The position numbers and the translations under genes were made by a program. Shown piece by piece: positions 41,232 to 51,835 of a stretch of 64,000 bases of DNA. Source of the DNA: Truepera sp. (GTDB lineage: Bacteria; Deinococcota; Deinococci; Deinococcales; Trueperaceae); assembly GCA_965218435.1 (NCBI GenBank), contig CBDCKW010000005.1, positions 512,001 through 576,000 on the forward strand, given 5' to 3'. How positions within the stretch are numbered: the stretch's first letter is position 1; each line of letters opens with the position of its first letter. The notes beneath the pieces were generated by a model. That model searched no databases. It was not told the DNA's origin and saw only the letters and a list, made by a program, of their open reading frames with translations.

Positions 41232-41901
41232 ACGAAGACATAACAGGTCCGTGACGCCCCCAGAAGCGGAGGCGTATTTGCGGTCTCCCACGGACGACCA
41301 GTTCTCGCGCCTTTGGGAATCTCTACGGGCTTCTAACGACGATTCGCTGGGTAAGGTGATCGAAGACGTGTGGTCGCGCCTCGAGGCGTTGAAAGCGCAA
41401 AACGAAGCGGCGCCCAAGCACCTTGCCAAGCTGCTACACGTTTATGGACGCCTCCTCGAGGCTCAAACCCTCTTGGACAGTCATCTCACAACTCACCCGG
41501 ACGACATCGACTCGATCGTGCAGCTCCAGCACATCGCCTCTGAGCGTGGCAACTACACGCTGTCCTACTGGTGCGTCAGTGAACTTCAGGCCAGGAGTGT
41601 CGATGCTTGGTTAGTCGACTTATGCGCCTTAAGGCACTACCTCATCATGGGAAAACAGGAGGCTGTCGCGACGGCCATCGACCTCTGTACGAGACTGGAC
41701 GTGCCGCAAGTGGCGCAGGCCGTTCTGCAAGCAGCTGTGCAATACGAGCATGGCTACCTGGCGTTCAAGGTCCTCTCCACGAGATTGGGACCTTATGTCG
41801 CCGAACATGCGCGTGTGCCGGAAAAAACCCGGTTACTCAACGCGCTTCGACGTACGGTCGTCGGCGTACTCGGTCAAAGAATAAGAGGGCAGGGACAGTA
41901 G
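41203..41901 (+). CDS. Helical (TPR-like) hypothetical protein
   Basis: Overlaps the upstream gene; YGRLLEAQTLL...HPDD pattern. Confidence 0.6.
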   Translation: MLTTTAHNHERRHNRSVTPPEAEAYLRSPTDDQFSRLWESLRASNDDSLGKVIEDVWSRLEALKAQNEAAPKHLAKLLHVYGRLLEAQTLLDSHLTTHPDDIDSIVQLQHIASERGNYTLSYWCVSELQARSVDAWLVDLCALRHYLIMGKQEAVATAIDLCTRLDVPQVAQAVLQAAVQYEHGYLAFKVLSTRLGPYVAEHARVPEKTRLLNALRRTVVGVLGQRIRGQGQ

Positions 41902-42894
41902 TTGGCAATGTTTTCATGCACTAAGCTACTACGCGACGATACTTTGTATTTCCCGAGTGCAAAGGCGTACGGTAATGTCGAAATACGGCCTTCACGTCTA
42001 GATCTGCCTGGGGAACGGCTAGCTTTAGAGCGCTCGGCGGAGGCCCACCAGATATCGCTCAATCTGGACCATCTACTCCGGATCACGACGTTTGTAGACG
42101 CGGAAAGGCAATCGGAAATGGTAAATCAAGCAGATCTGAAGTTTGAGGAGACTTTGGACTGCCTCAGCCTTGAACCGATATTTGTAGTGCCACCCGTTTT
42201 GAGTGATGTAGGCTTCACGATGTCATTGGGAACAGGAAGGATCGACATCATTCCTCCCGCCGGGGCGCACCCTCAAGGAATGACGGCGCAGATTATGAGT
42301 GAGCCTTTTCTGCAGGTCGATATGCCACAGATGATCTTGGCGGGAGCTAGACATGAGGCATCCGAAAGATTGCTGAGAGCCGCTCACTGGTACCGGCTTT
42401 CGCGTAACGAACCCAACCGGCTCTTGCGTGTTCTCTTCCGCTGGTTTGCGCTCGAGACCCTCTGCAAGGTGGAAAACGGAAACGACGTTATTCCTCGAAT
42501 CATGTTGTGTATGGGATTTTTCATGGGCAAATCTGGACAGCAGTATCTGAGTAGGGCTGTTTCGTTAGAGAAGCTGGGTGGCTACAAGATGTACAAGAAA
42601 CGCGTCAACAACGATCTAGATGCTGTAAAGCGTCTTCGCAACAGTGCGGTACACGAGGGCGCACGAACGCATGAAGTGGCCCCTGTCGAATTGAAGCGTT
42701 ATGAACACCTTACGTTCTTGGCATTCAACGCTGTGAAAGGGCGCTTTACCGGGGCACTGTATCGCGGGGCAACTCGCCCTGTCGAGGTGTGGGATGCCAT
42801 GCCTCACGCGGTCGGTAACGACCCAACCCTTTTTGGGCAAGTAAGAAACTTGTTGTACTTCCTCGGAAAGGAAAGTACAGGGGTTACGGAATAG
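41902..42894 (+). CDS. HEPN-domain protein (ApeA/MAE_28990-like arrangement)
   Basis: AAHWY...WFALETL helix and Rx4H motif RNSAVH. Confidence 0.7.
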   Translation: MAMFSCTKLLRDDTLYFPSAKAYGNVEIRPSRLDLPGERLALERSAEAHQISLNLDHLLRITTFVDAERQSEMVNQADLKFEETLDCLSLEPIFVVPPVLSDVGFTMSLGTGRIDIIPPAGAHPQGMTAQIMSEPFLQVDMPQMILAGARHEASERLLRAAHWYRLSRNEPNRLLRVLFRWFALETLCKVENGNDVIPRIMLCMGFFMGKSGQQYLSRAVSLEKLGGYKMYKKRVNNDLDAVKRLRNSAVHEGARTHEVAPVELKRYEHLTFLAFNAVKGRFTGALYRGATRPVEVWDAMPHAVGNDPTLFGQVRNLLYFLGKESTGVTE

Positions 42895-43156
42895 CTCGTT
42901 CCGCTCGTGCTCATATATCCATTGGGAAAAGTTAGCTAGTTCGCTTCAAGGTAGGCAAGCGCGCAGCAGCCCGATGCGCTGATTAGTGTGACCTGCTCAA
43001 TCATGACCTGGCGCTACGCGAACGCTTCATCTCAGTAACAAGGGCCTCGAGTGTGTCTCACGGTAAAGGCTGGACACCCTGCAAAATCTTCACGGGCTCA
43101 CGCTAGGGCAGGTCGACGCCCCGGAAGGCATGGTCGTACCGGATGCCTAAGCGGCG

Positions 43157-43732
43157 GTGGCCCTGTTCGTGCTGGGTGCCTGCGCCCTCGCGCTGCTGGG
43201 TTTCAGCCTGCTCCAGGTTGACCGCCTGTCGGTCGCAGGCTACTACGGTACAGCGCTGGACAGTCCGGTCCAGGTCGGCGACTTTACGCTTACTTCGGCT
43301 GACGGCAAGGCAGCACTCTCGGATTGGCGCGGAAAGTACCTGCTGGTCTTTTTCGGCTTTACCAGATGCCCCGACGTCTGTCCCCTCACACTGGGCCGTC
43401 TGGCGAAGACCTACCGGGAGTTGAGGGAGCCCGAAGACGTTCAGGTCGTTATGGTGAGCTTCGACCCGGAGACGGACACGCCCGCACGGCTAGAGCGGTA
43501 CCTCGAGGGCTTTCATCCCTCGTTCGTCGGTCTGACCGGGTCAACCTCGGACATTGCGAAGGCCGCCCGTACCTTTTTCGTCGGGTACCAGCAGCTTGGT
43601 GACGGCTTCACTCACACGGACACCGTGGCGCTACTCGACCGCGAGGGGCGGATGCGGCTCGTCTACGGGCAAGACAAGGTTGCGCGTATCGGCGAAGACC
43701 TCGAAAAGATACTGGGACGCGGCCGCCTGTAG
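43157..43732 (+). CDS. SCO family copper-binding protein
   Basis: FFGFTRCPDVCP, SFDPETDTP and conserved His. Confidence 0.9.
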   Translation: MALFVLGACALALLGFSLLQVDRLSVAGYYGTALDSPVQVGDFTLTSADGKAALSDWRGKYLLVFFGFTRCPDVCPLTLGRLAKTYRELREPEDVQVVMVSFDPETDTPARLERYLEGFHPSFVGLTGSTSDIAKAARTFFVGYQQLGDGFTHTDTVALLDREGRMRLVYGQDKVARIGEDLEKILGRGRL

Positions 43733-43779
43733 GCTGCGAGGGTGACGAGATAAGTGCAGGCGTCAAACGGCTTTTTGCA

Positions 43780-44322
43780 GTGGTAGGCGTTGTAGCGGCG
43801 CTGACGGCGCTGTTCGTCTACGGCATCCTGCGCGACCCGACCCGGCGCGACGACATCCCCTCGGCGCTGCTGGGCAAGCAGACTCCGGCGTTCACGATGC
43901 CGCTGTTTGACCGCTACCGCCCCGAGTTCGGCAGCAAATTCAACGCAGCGGCGGTGCGCGGAAAACCGCTGGTCGTGAACTTCTGGGCGTCGTGGTGCCT
44001 CCCCTGCCGCGAAGAGATGCCTATTCTCGAGGCAAGTTGGAAAGAATACCGGGACAGCGTGCTTTTCGTCGGTGTTAACACCCAGGAGCGACATCGAGGA
44101 AATGCCCAAGCGCTGATGGACGAATTCAATCTCATCTACCCGAACGGTATCGACCAGAATAGCCGGATCAATATCGATTTTGGTCTGTTCGGGCTTCCCG
44201 AAACCTTTTTTATCCGCGCTGACGGAACGCTTCAATATCGCCATTCGGGAGCGGTGACTCAGAAGGTGATAGATGAGCAGATACAGCTGCTGCTAAACGG
44301 CTCCCAACCTATATGGTGGTGA
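43780..44322 (+). CDS. TlpA/CcmG-like thiol-disulfide oxidoreductase
   Basis: NFWASWCLPC and GLPETFFI. Confidence 0.9.
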   Translation: MVGVVAALTALFVYGILRDPTRRDDIPSALLGKQTPAFTMPLFDRYRPEFGSKFNAAAVRGKPLVVNFWASWCLPCREEMPILEASWKEYRDSVLFVGVNTQERHRGNAQALMDEFNLIYPNGIDQNSRINIDFGLFGLPETFFIRADGTLQYRHSGAVTQKVIDEQIQLLLNGSQPIWW

Positions 44323-44816
44323 CTAACGCGAAATTTATAAAGCTTGAAGGTGAGGCTCGAGTAGATATGTAGACATAATCAATGCCGGTCAAGCCTTCTC
44401 TTTGTCGAGTGCGACCGCGGAACTGTTAGCAATCATCGGCCCCGGCTTCGCGAGTATTCTCGCGGCGCTTTTAAGACTTCGGCAACAGCGTCCTGATCGG
44501 AAAAAGTACTTACGCTGAGCTGTTCCCCCGTATAAGTCGTGCGCTAAGCATGATCTGTTAGCAGCTCCGCCGATACCACCCCAATCAGCAGTAGAAACAC
44601 CGCTAGGAGCGGGAAGCGCACGTAGTCCAGATAGCCCACCAGCACCGCTAGCCCGAACGCCCCGAAGAGTATGGCCAACACAGCACATTCTCGAGGAACC
44701 TTTGTACCAACTTCATAGACAGCTCATGGCTTCTCGGGAATAAGTATCACTGCCAGAACTCGACCACTCCTTTTATACCGTTATAAGCAGAATTGGAGTC
44801 ACATAGTTCTACATCT

Positions 44817-46190
44817 TCACAGGCGCTCGAGCTCCTTGTAAACAAGCTGTCGCTCATCCTCGCCATACTCTGTTAAAAGGCCATTAGTTCTGATGAAAAT
44901 CCCAAGGTCTTGTAGTTCAGTAGGAAACTGATCCGGATAAGTCCGGTAAAGGTAACCGTTACGACTACTGATAAAAGAAGGTCCCGTCCAGTTACTCCGG
45001 TCCAGCACCCTGATTTGCTGTGTGTTCAGCTCGACGCGCATCAATGCCAGAATCTCTTGTTGGGTGTCCTCGTCGAGCTCATCCCAGAACGCTGTAGCTG
45101 CGTCCGCCAGCGCGATACTGTATGAGTCTTGCAGCTCACGAGCTCGCTGTGCTGCATCCTCGCGGGACATAAGCTTAGGCTTTTCGTTTTCGAGGTCCAG
45201 GGTGGCAGCACCGCGCTGAAGCATTCGGGCAATCAATCCGCCAAGATTTCGAATTGGGTTGCGCGTCGTCGCGGAGTCGCGCTCGGCCTTACGCGCAAGT
45301 TTAAGGGTACGCTGTACGACCTCGAACCCGTACTGCTCTACCGCTAGCAGCGGATCTTGGTTGTAACCAGCTTCCCGCAAATCTCGCGCCAGCAAAGCGA
45401 ACTCAGGCGATAGCGTTTCCTCAGACGAAACGAAGGTATTGGCTGCTCCCGAGCGCATTTCTAGACCTGCTTCACAAGAAAGCTCAAAGCGGACCCGGTT
45501 GTAGCTTCGACTTTTACTTTTGAGCCCCACGAATCGTCTGATACGTAGCGGACCGATGACTTCAATCGCTTCCTGAAGGCGCAAAAGAAGCTTCCGCAAA
45601 TCGCGCCACTGTTCATACTTTTCCCAACGCCCATTTGGGTCACGCAGACCCAAAAAGGTTTTAAGTTCACCAATGTCATAGGTAAGAAATTGTTTTTTAC
45701 CCGCATGACTGTCATGCCACAAAACTTCATAAAGCCGCTGTGCGTTAAAGCTGGGTAGCAGCAACAAAGGTTTAAGCGGTACCGTATTGTAACGATCACG
45801 CAACATCAACAAATAAGGCTTCAGTTCGCTGTTGAAGCGCAAGCGGATCGCACTGATGCCTTCAGAATGCCGGCTGGCTGGGATATACTCAGCCAGCGTT
45901 GTCCACTGAAACTTTTTATAGTGCCCCTCTTCACCCATAACGTGAACAACACGCTTGAGTAGGTTGTCAGCTGTGCGTCGCACCTCCTGGTAAGGATTAC
46001 CGCCAAACCACTGTTGGATCTCCACTAATGGCAACTCGCAGGTTAAAAAATCCTCGTCATCCCAGCGAATTCGGCTCATTGCTAAAAACACAAGCCGCTT
46101 CTCATTCATCTCCATGAGCTGCGCGCTTTTGGCAAGAGCGTTCGCCTGCCGGACCGCCGGTGTGCCCATTTTCTCGACCTGTTTACTCAT
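44817..46190 (-). CDS. Plasmid replication initiator (Rep_3 family)
   Basis: VRQANALAKS, EKRLVFLAMS, FNSELKPYLL and AQRLYEVL; adjacent iterons. Confidence 0.85.
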   Translation of the reverse strand: MSKQVEKMGTPAVRQANALAKSAQLMEMNEKRLVFLAMSRIRWDDEDFLTCELPLVEIQQWFGGNPYQEVRRTADNLLKRVVHVMGEEGHYKKFQWTTLAEYIPASRHSEGISAIRLRFNSELKPYLLMLRDRYNTVPLKPLLLLPSFNAQRLYEVLWHDSHAGKKQFLTYDIGELKTFLGLRDPNGRWEKYEQWRDLRKLLLRLQEAIEVIGPLRIRRFVGLKSKSRSYNRVRFELSCEAGLEMRSGAANTFVSSEETLSPEFALLARDLREAGYNQDPLLAVEQYGFEVVQRTLKLARKAERDSATTRNPIRNLGGLIARMLQRGAATLDLENEKPKLMSREDAAQRARELQDSYSIALADAATAFWDELDEDTQQEILALMRVELNTQQIRVLDRSNWTGPSFISSRNGYLYRTYPDQFPTELQDLGIFIRTNGLLTEYGEDERQLVYKELERL

Positions 46191-46336
46191 GAGGTAGCGT
46201 CTCCGTATGTGCAAAACTTTATAACGTGGAAGCGCCCCTGTCAACGTAGCCACATTTGTACTTTTGTGTGGAGTTGAAATATGGTGAAACCACCTTCCGG
46301 ATTTAACTAGCGGCGAGATCGGTCCACCCTAATTAC

Positions 46337-46856
46337 GATGGCTACGACCACAGATGGCGATGTTTGCGACCACATTTTGAGATGTCTTATACCACTCAAG
46401 AAGACGTTTAGACCCACAGCATTCAGTGTTCTCAACCACCTTTACAGATGTTTGTGTCCACCGAAAAGCCCAAAATTCACGTGTGTGACGGGTGTGATGA
46501 CGACGACAAAAGGTTTTGATGGTCTTCATGTTAAACAACAACAAGATAGAAGAACCCAAAATGCTGGTGACTTTAAGGACACAGAAAAAGCATCTGCGTA
46601 GCCTCGCACCACCAAGCACTACAGTGTTTCGGCCCCACAACCCACGTTTCTAAAGGTAACCCGTGCAAAATTTAGGGCGCAATAGATGTTTTTGTCCACA
46701 CTTGAGGCCCAATATGTACACCACAGTGCTTGAAACATCTTTTTTGATGGATCGGTGGAGATGTTCGTCTCCACACTTCGCCCACTCTATAAGGATCGCT
46801 GAGCGGTGGACATAAACATCGTTATTCGAGAATTTCAAAAGGTGGACACAAACATC
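46337..46856. repeat. Iteron array / putative replication origin
   Basis: 15-mer GATGTT-N5-CCAC-like units at 46337, 46359, 46381, 46403, 46425 and 46447 (22-bp period); further copies at 46685 and 46760; inverted copies at 46806 and 46842. Confidence 0.8.
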
Positions 46857-47512
46857 TGCTTAAGAAGATTTGACGAGACTCTCTACTTGGAAACGGGGTC
46901 CTCTATAACTAGGTTCTGTACCCCCTCGAGCTGCGCGTCGCTGCTGAGTTACAATGGCCCCCTGCGGTCGCTTGACTCCTAAGCTTTCTGGGTGATGGAG
47001 AGAGCCAACCTGTTGTAAAGGTCAAAACCATGTGTCAAGGTGCGGCGATGTAGGCGAATTGGAACCTGTAACCAGGTACAGTGGAAAAAGTTTGCAACTT
47101 GGCCTAGGTAAAGAACAAGCCTTGGGTTCAATGTATGCCTCTAAAGCATCAACCTAAGGGTAGTGCCGCCGAAGTTATATCTTCTTCTGCTGTCCTCCCG
47201 CGCACCTTGCGCCCGGAGTGTGCGTCTGATAGCGCAGTCGCTATATCTTAAGGTGCACCTTCGCCTCCTACCACACGTAGAGTGGCCTCAGAAGTCTAAG
47301 GGACTCTAAAACTTAACGCTAATAGTATTTACCGCTAAAATATACTTTTATCGATTTGAGAACTTGGCTTCAGCCGGTCGTTTTCCACACTTCCTAGGTT
47401 GTGTCAAATCCGAATCAGCATACTCAGACTTTAGAGAATGCGACACTGATTAAATTTTTACACCAATAATATTTGACGACCACCTTATGAATTATACTGC
47501 TACTATACAAAC

Positions 47513-47782
47513 ATGCCTCAAACATCCGCATTTCTCCACATCAAAGTTGGCGCACACGGTCGTATGGTTTTGCCCTCATCCTTACGAAAGCGTATGAAAC
47601 TCGAAGATGGTGAGGAACTTGTCGTTCGGTTCGAGGGTGAGCAACTCATCCTCGAGCGGCGTGAAACGGTCGAACGGAGACTCAAAGCCCGTTTCGCCCA
47701 CATCCCCGCAAACATAGATCTCGTAGCCGAGCTGCTCGGCGAGCGGCGAGAAGCTGCCAAGCGTGAAGTGGATAACGAATGA
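47513..47782 (+). CDS. AbrB/MazE-type antitoxin
   Basis: KVGAHGRMVLPSSLRKRMKLEDGEEL. Confidence 0.85.
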   Translation: MPQTSAFLHIKVGAHGRMVLPSSLRKRMKLEDGEELVVRFEGEQLILERRETVERRLKARFAHIPANIDLVAELLGERREAAKREVDNE

Positions 47783-48156
47783 GTACGCATGTTTTGGACG
47801 CCTCAGCGCTCCTCGCGTATCTGCACGGTGAACCCGGTGGCGAGCGTGTGCAGCTTGGGGGAGCGTGTGTGTCGAGCGTGAACTGGTCGGAGGCGGTGCA
47901 GAAGGCGCTAACCTACGGGATCGACGTCGACGGGTTGCGCCACGATGTGGAGGCACTGGGCGTGGAAATTGCGCCGTTCACCGTTGACGAAGCGGAACAA
48001 GCCGCTGCCCTTTGGTCGGTGACCAAGCACGTTGAACTTTCGCTTATGGACCGGGCGTGTCTGGCGATGGGGCTCGTGCGGGGTCTACCTGTCGTCACGG
48101 CGAATAAGCCTTGGGCGGAGACGGAACTTAAGGTCGAAGTTCGGCTTATTCGTTAG
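47779..48156 (+). CDS. vapC: VapC-family PIN toxin
   Basis: VLDASALLA, SSVNWSE, LSLMDRACLA and VVTAN (last acidic residue appears as N); ATGA-coupled. Confidence 0.85.
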   Translation: MSTHVLDASALLAYLHGEPGGERVQLGGACVSSVNWSEAVQKALTYGIDVDGLRHDVEALGVEIAPFTVDEAEQAAALWSVTKHVELSLMDRACLAMGLVRGLPVVTANKPWAETELKVEVRLIR

Positions 48157-48357
48157 GTCTTTGCCGTGTCTTCGGCGCGAGTAGGACTTATTGCTTTACC
48201 ACCAACGGATAGGCGGAACCCGTACATAAGCGTACCGTTCGTTCTATATGGCTGCTTGACGTCCCATCAATGGAAACGCTCGAGCGCCTCCTGGAGTGCC
48301 GCACGGTAAAAGACCCAGGTTCACAATAACCTGTGAACCTGGGTTAATGGGTCCGTC

Positions 48358-48537
48358 GGCTTTGCACAAAAAGTCTACAAAAAGTCATAACGATGCAGTT
48401 TATAGAATTTGCTTGCAGCAGTTAATTTTGAGAAACATGCCAAAAACCCTCTGAGACAACGAAAATTGCTTAAAGCTCACAGCTTGTTTTTTAGAATGAA
48501 AGAGTATTCGTTTGGGAGGTACTTTTTGTGCAAAGCC
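48358..48537. mobile_element. MITE, 180 bp, non-coding
   Basis: Perfect 17-bp TIR GGCTTTGCACAAAAAGT; 9-bp TSD GGGTCCGTC at 48349-48357 and 48538-48546. Confidence 0.9.
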
Positions 48538-48619
48538 GGGTCCGTCCTTCAATTACGGCCGCGAGCCAGAGCGCTTGTCCGGCGGGTCCTGCGCCAGAGA
48601 GCGCAAAAAGAAGTTCGTG

Positions 48620-48843
48620 TTGGCAAACGCGGTACGAACGAGAACATCAACGGCTTACTGCGCCAGTACTTCCCCAAAGGCACCGACCTCAGCAAGCATA
48701 GCAGCGACGCCCTCAAAGCCGTTGCTCACACCCTCAATACCCGACCCCGCAAAACCCTGGGTTGGAAGACACCTGCAAAAGCTCTTGACGATCAGCTATC
48801 ATCACTTTAGAAACGTGTTGCGACGACCGGGTTGAATTCGCCC
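48620..48843 (+). mobile_element. IS30-family remnant (transposase C-terminus plus right end)
   Basis: [21 protein letters not shown]...[14 protein letters not shown]; end TGTTGCGACGACCGGGTTGAATTCGCC. Confidence 0.85.
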
Positions 48844-48895
48844 AATATGCCAGCAGCGGGTTTAGAGCTGCACATCTTTATGAATTGTCGTTTGC

Positions 48896-51835
48896 TCAGA
48901 TAAGCGTTACCAGTTCGGACTGAATGTCGGAGCCGGTAACATACAGCCGCATGAGGGTAACTGGCAATTTGAACCGCCTAGGTCCGGCGCTACCCGGGTT
49001 TAGGTAAAGCACGCCGTCCTGCATTTCACTTTTTGGCTTGTGCGAGTGACCCGACACCACGACCTGACAGTTTGCTTCGGAAAGCTCTGGTTCTAGCTGC
49101 TCATCGGGTAAGGAGACGGCATCACTGCCGCCCCCTCCCCTCAGAACCGGACGTGCCTCTCTCAAGGCATCCGGCTCAAGCAGAAAATGAAGCATCAAAG
49201 GAGTAATTCTCTCGTAGCTCGGGGAAGATTATCTTTCACCGAGCCGTGGACTTGTTGGTGACAGGTTAGATGCAGTATCCGCTGTTTTGCAAAGTCATGC
49301 CGTGCTAAATTCTTTTGGTCAGTAATCAAGTGATGACGATGCAGTGGCTCACCGTTATTCAGCGAACCAAAACACACGGGGCAGATAAAGTCGTGTTGCT
49401 TAGCCACCTCATAGTGAAGACCTGAGAGACCGGAGTACTTTCGACTTCTCTTTGCCCAATAGTTTTTCTGCAAGGCGTCATCGGGTGCAGCAAGGTTGAA
49501 TACCAACCGATGCCGCGTGATTTTGAACCAAGCGAGCTTCGCCAGATAAGTGTTGCCGTCGGGGTCGCCAAAGACCCACCGAGCTTTTCTTAAGTGATGA
49601 TGCTGCCCAAAGTATTTAGCTACGCGCCAGCCAACCGATTTTGTCGGGTGTTGCCATCTTATCCACTTGACCAGCTTTTGGAAGAGCCAAGAGTCAAGCG
49701 AGGCAAACACCTTTGCTGACGAAACGGGTTGAAAATAACGCGCCCAACCACGTAAAACGGGGTTGAGATGGTGGATGAGCACCTGAGCATTGTGCCCCCT
49801 TAAGCGCACAAACATCTCGGTAAGCTTTTTCTTGAACCTTGCGATTGAAGCGTTGCTGGGTTTGACAAGCCCGACGACCTTTTCTGGGTTATCTCTCCGC
49901 TGATAAAGCCGGAAATTACACCCAAGAAAGTCAAAACCTCCCGTGAGATGCCTGATCTGGGTTTTAGCCTCGTTGAACACGAGTCCCCGATCTGCAAACC
50001 ACGTTCTCAGCTTTGTGCGAGCTTGTTCTGCTTCCTCACGAGTCTTGCAGAAAACGATAAAGTCGTCTGCATATCTCACGAGACCATAGCGGTTCTTACT
50101 GGATGTCTGACCATTGGCATAACGAGCAATACCAAGGGTCGTTTCCATGCCGTGAAACGCTATGTTAGCCAGCAAGGGACTAATAACACCTCCCTGCGGA
50201 GTACCCGCAGGCGTATCGTGCTTGACGGTACCGTCCATGAAGCCTGCCTTTAGCCACTGTTTAATCAGTTCCTTGGCGGGAAACTGACCGATGGCCTGCA
50301 ACAGGTGGGTATGGTCGATATTGTCAAATGCCCCTTGGATGTCTGCATCCAGTATCCACTGCTTAGTAGCGCGTGCCCTGCAATAGCTATAGGTCATACT
50401 CAGGGCGTCGTGGGTACTTCGCCCTGGTCTAAAACCGTAGCTACTTGGCTCAAAGCGAGCCTCCCACTCAGGTTCCAACGCATTTTTGACGCGTGCTTGA
50501 TGAGCCCGGTCGCCAATGGTTGGTATCCCAAGCGGGCGTTTAGCACCACTTTGCTTCGGGATATAAATCCTGCGCGCAGGTTTGACATGCCAAGGTTGGG
50601 ACTCTAGCAATTTGTCTACTAGAGCGGCCTTGGCTTTCGAGGTTAAGGCAACCTCTTTATCCACCCCTGCGGTTTTTCCACCCGCATTGTCCACAGTGAC
50701 GCGACGGACGCTAACAACAGTGTTGGCGTAACTCCGTAGCATCAGCTTTTGGAGAGAACGAACCTTTTTAAGGTTCCCTTCCTTTGATGCCCTAAAGATT
50801 CTCTGTCTCAAGTTGCGTACCTGCCGATTGGCGCTACGCCAGTCAATGACCTGCCAATCGGTCGGGCTTTTGGTTCCGTTTGCTAAGCTTGGCGCTTGCA
50901 TCTAACTTGCACCTCAATTCGCAACTTTCACGTTGGTCTTTAGGATTTCCACCAGTCCCGCGTCAGCTCCCTTTCAGGATGGGTATGCCCGTCATACGGC
51001 CCTATCCGGTGGGTTATGAATTCCCCGTGCCTTTCGGCTACCGGCTTTCGCTTTTCGGGACTTCTTGTTCCCGCTGGAGGGTTGTGCCTCGCTTGCGCTT
51101 GGCCTACCACTTGTGTGGACTCCATCGGGGTTTCCACGTTCCGCACGTAAGAGATGTGATCGGTTGCGGATGCCTTTTGTACCCCGGGTTCTTGGTGCCC
51201 TTGCATGAGCGCTATGCACCCATGACGCCGCGCAGCTTGAACACAGAGCTACGCCTTGAACCATGATCGTTTTGCTGTCGTCCAGCGATCTTTCTACCTT
51301 ACGAGGCTTACAAAGGTTCACTTTCGTTCATCCTTCCGATCTTCTCCTTGCCTGTGGCCTTTTGACGACTAACGGCTCTTGGGCTTTCATTCGGGCTTCG
51401 CACCCTGTCGTTACCAACAACGCACGCCGAATGTGGAGATAGGCTTCAGGCACTCGCCTAGTTCAACCCTATGAGGGTTGAACACTCTTACTGTGCGACT
51501 TCGTGTCGCACGTGGTCATGGTAGATGTAGAACCTTACCTCCCCGACCGTTACGATCACGCTTAAAGGCAGCTGCTCAGCCCAAGCTCCGGTATCCACGT
51601 TGCCACGCACAGCGACTGTTGGGGCGAGCATCTGCAGGCTCTCGAGTATCTCGGCGCGACCGACGTCCCCAACATGGATGATGCCTGTGACGTCGTCGAA
51701 AGCCTTGAGTACTTCGGGTCGTAGGAGCCCGTGGGTGTCCGACACCAGACCTATCACTGTTGTGCCCGCCTTGTTAGGCGTACCGAGAATCACACCGTTT
51801 TCTCTTGGCACCTGGACCTCCCGCGCAATCAACAC
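48896..51835 (-). CDS. YfcE-like metallophosphoesterase split by a group II intron (exons about 51835-51512 and 49102-48896)
   Basis: SDTHG, HVGD and RGNVD in exon 1; SGHSH and LNPGS in exon 2; spliced junction YIYHDH|EQLEP is in frame. Confidence 0.88.
49103..51511 (-). mobile_element. Group II intron, 2409 bp
   Basis: 5' GTGCG; domain V GAGCCGGATGC...GCACGTCCGGTTC; domain VI ending ACCCGAT. Confidence 0.93.
49195..50901 (-). CDS. ltrA: Group II intron reverse transcriptase/maturase with C-terminal HNH-like domain
   Basis: RPLGIPT, SYGFRPGRS, GTPQGGVISPLLANI, RYADD, LRGWARYF and CPVC...HRHH...CHQQVH. Confidence 0.95.
   Translation of the reverse strand: MQAPSLANGTKSPTDWQVIDWRSANRQVRNLRQRIFRASKEGNLKKVRSLQKLMLRSYANTVVSVRRVTVDNAGGKTAGVDKEVALTSKAKAALVDKLLESQPWHVKPARRIYIPKQSGAKRPLGIPTIGDRAHQARVKNALEPEWEARFEPSSYGFRPGRSTHDALSMTYSYCRARATKQWILDADIQGAFDNIDHTHLLQAIGQFPAKELIKQWLKAGFMDGTVKHDTPAGTPQGGVISPLLANIAFHGMETTLGIARYANGQTSSKNRYGLVRYADDFIVFCKTREEAEQARTKLRTWFADRGLVFNEAKTQIRHLTGGFDFLGCNFRLYQRRDNPEKVVGLVKPSNASIARFKKKLTEMFVRLRGHNAQVLIHHLNPVLRGWARYFQPVSSAKVFASLDSWLFQKLVKWIRWQHPTKSVGWRVAKYFGQHHHLRKARWVFGDPDGNTYLAKLAWFKITRHRLVFNLAAPDDALQKNYWAKRSRKYSGLSGLHYEVAKQHDFICPVCFGSLNNGEPLHRHHLITDQKNLARHDFAKQRILHLTCHQQVHGSVKDNLPRATRELLL

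Noticed and set aside
46337..46461. Regular repeats as a CRISPR array
   Set aside because: The period is only 22 bp, the units are degenerate, there are no cas genes, and the array is adjacent to a Rep gene.
49195..50901. RT as a retron, DGR or defence RT
   Set aside because: It has maturase and HNH-like domains, canonical group II intron ends and domain V.
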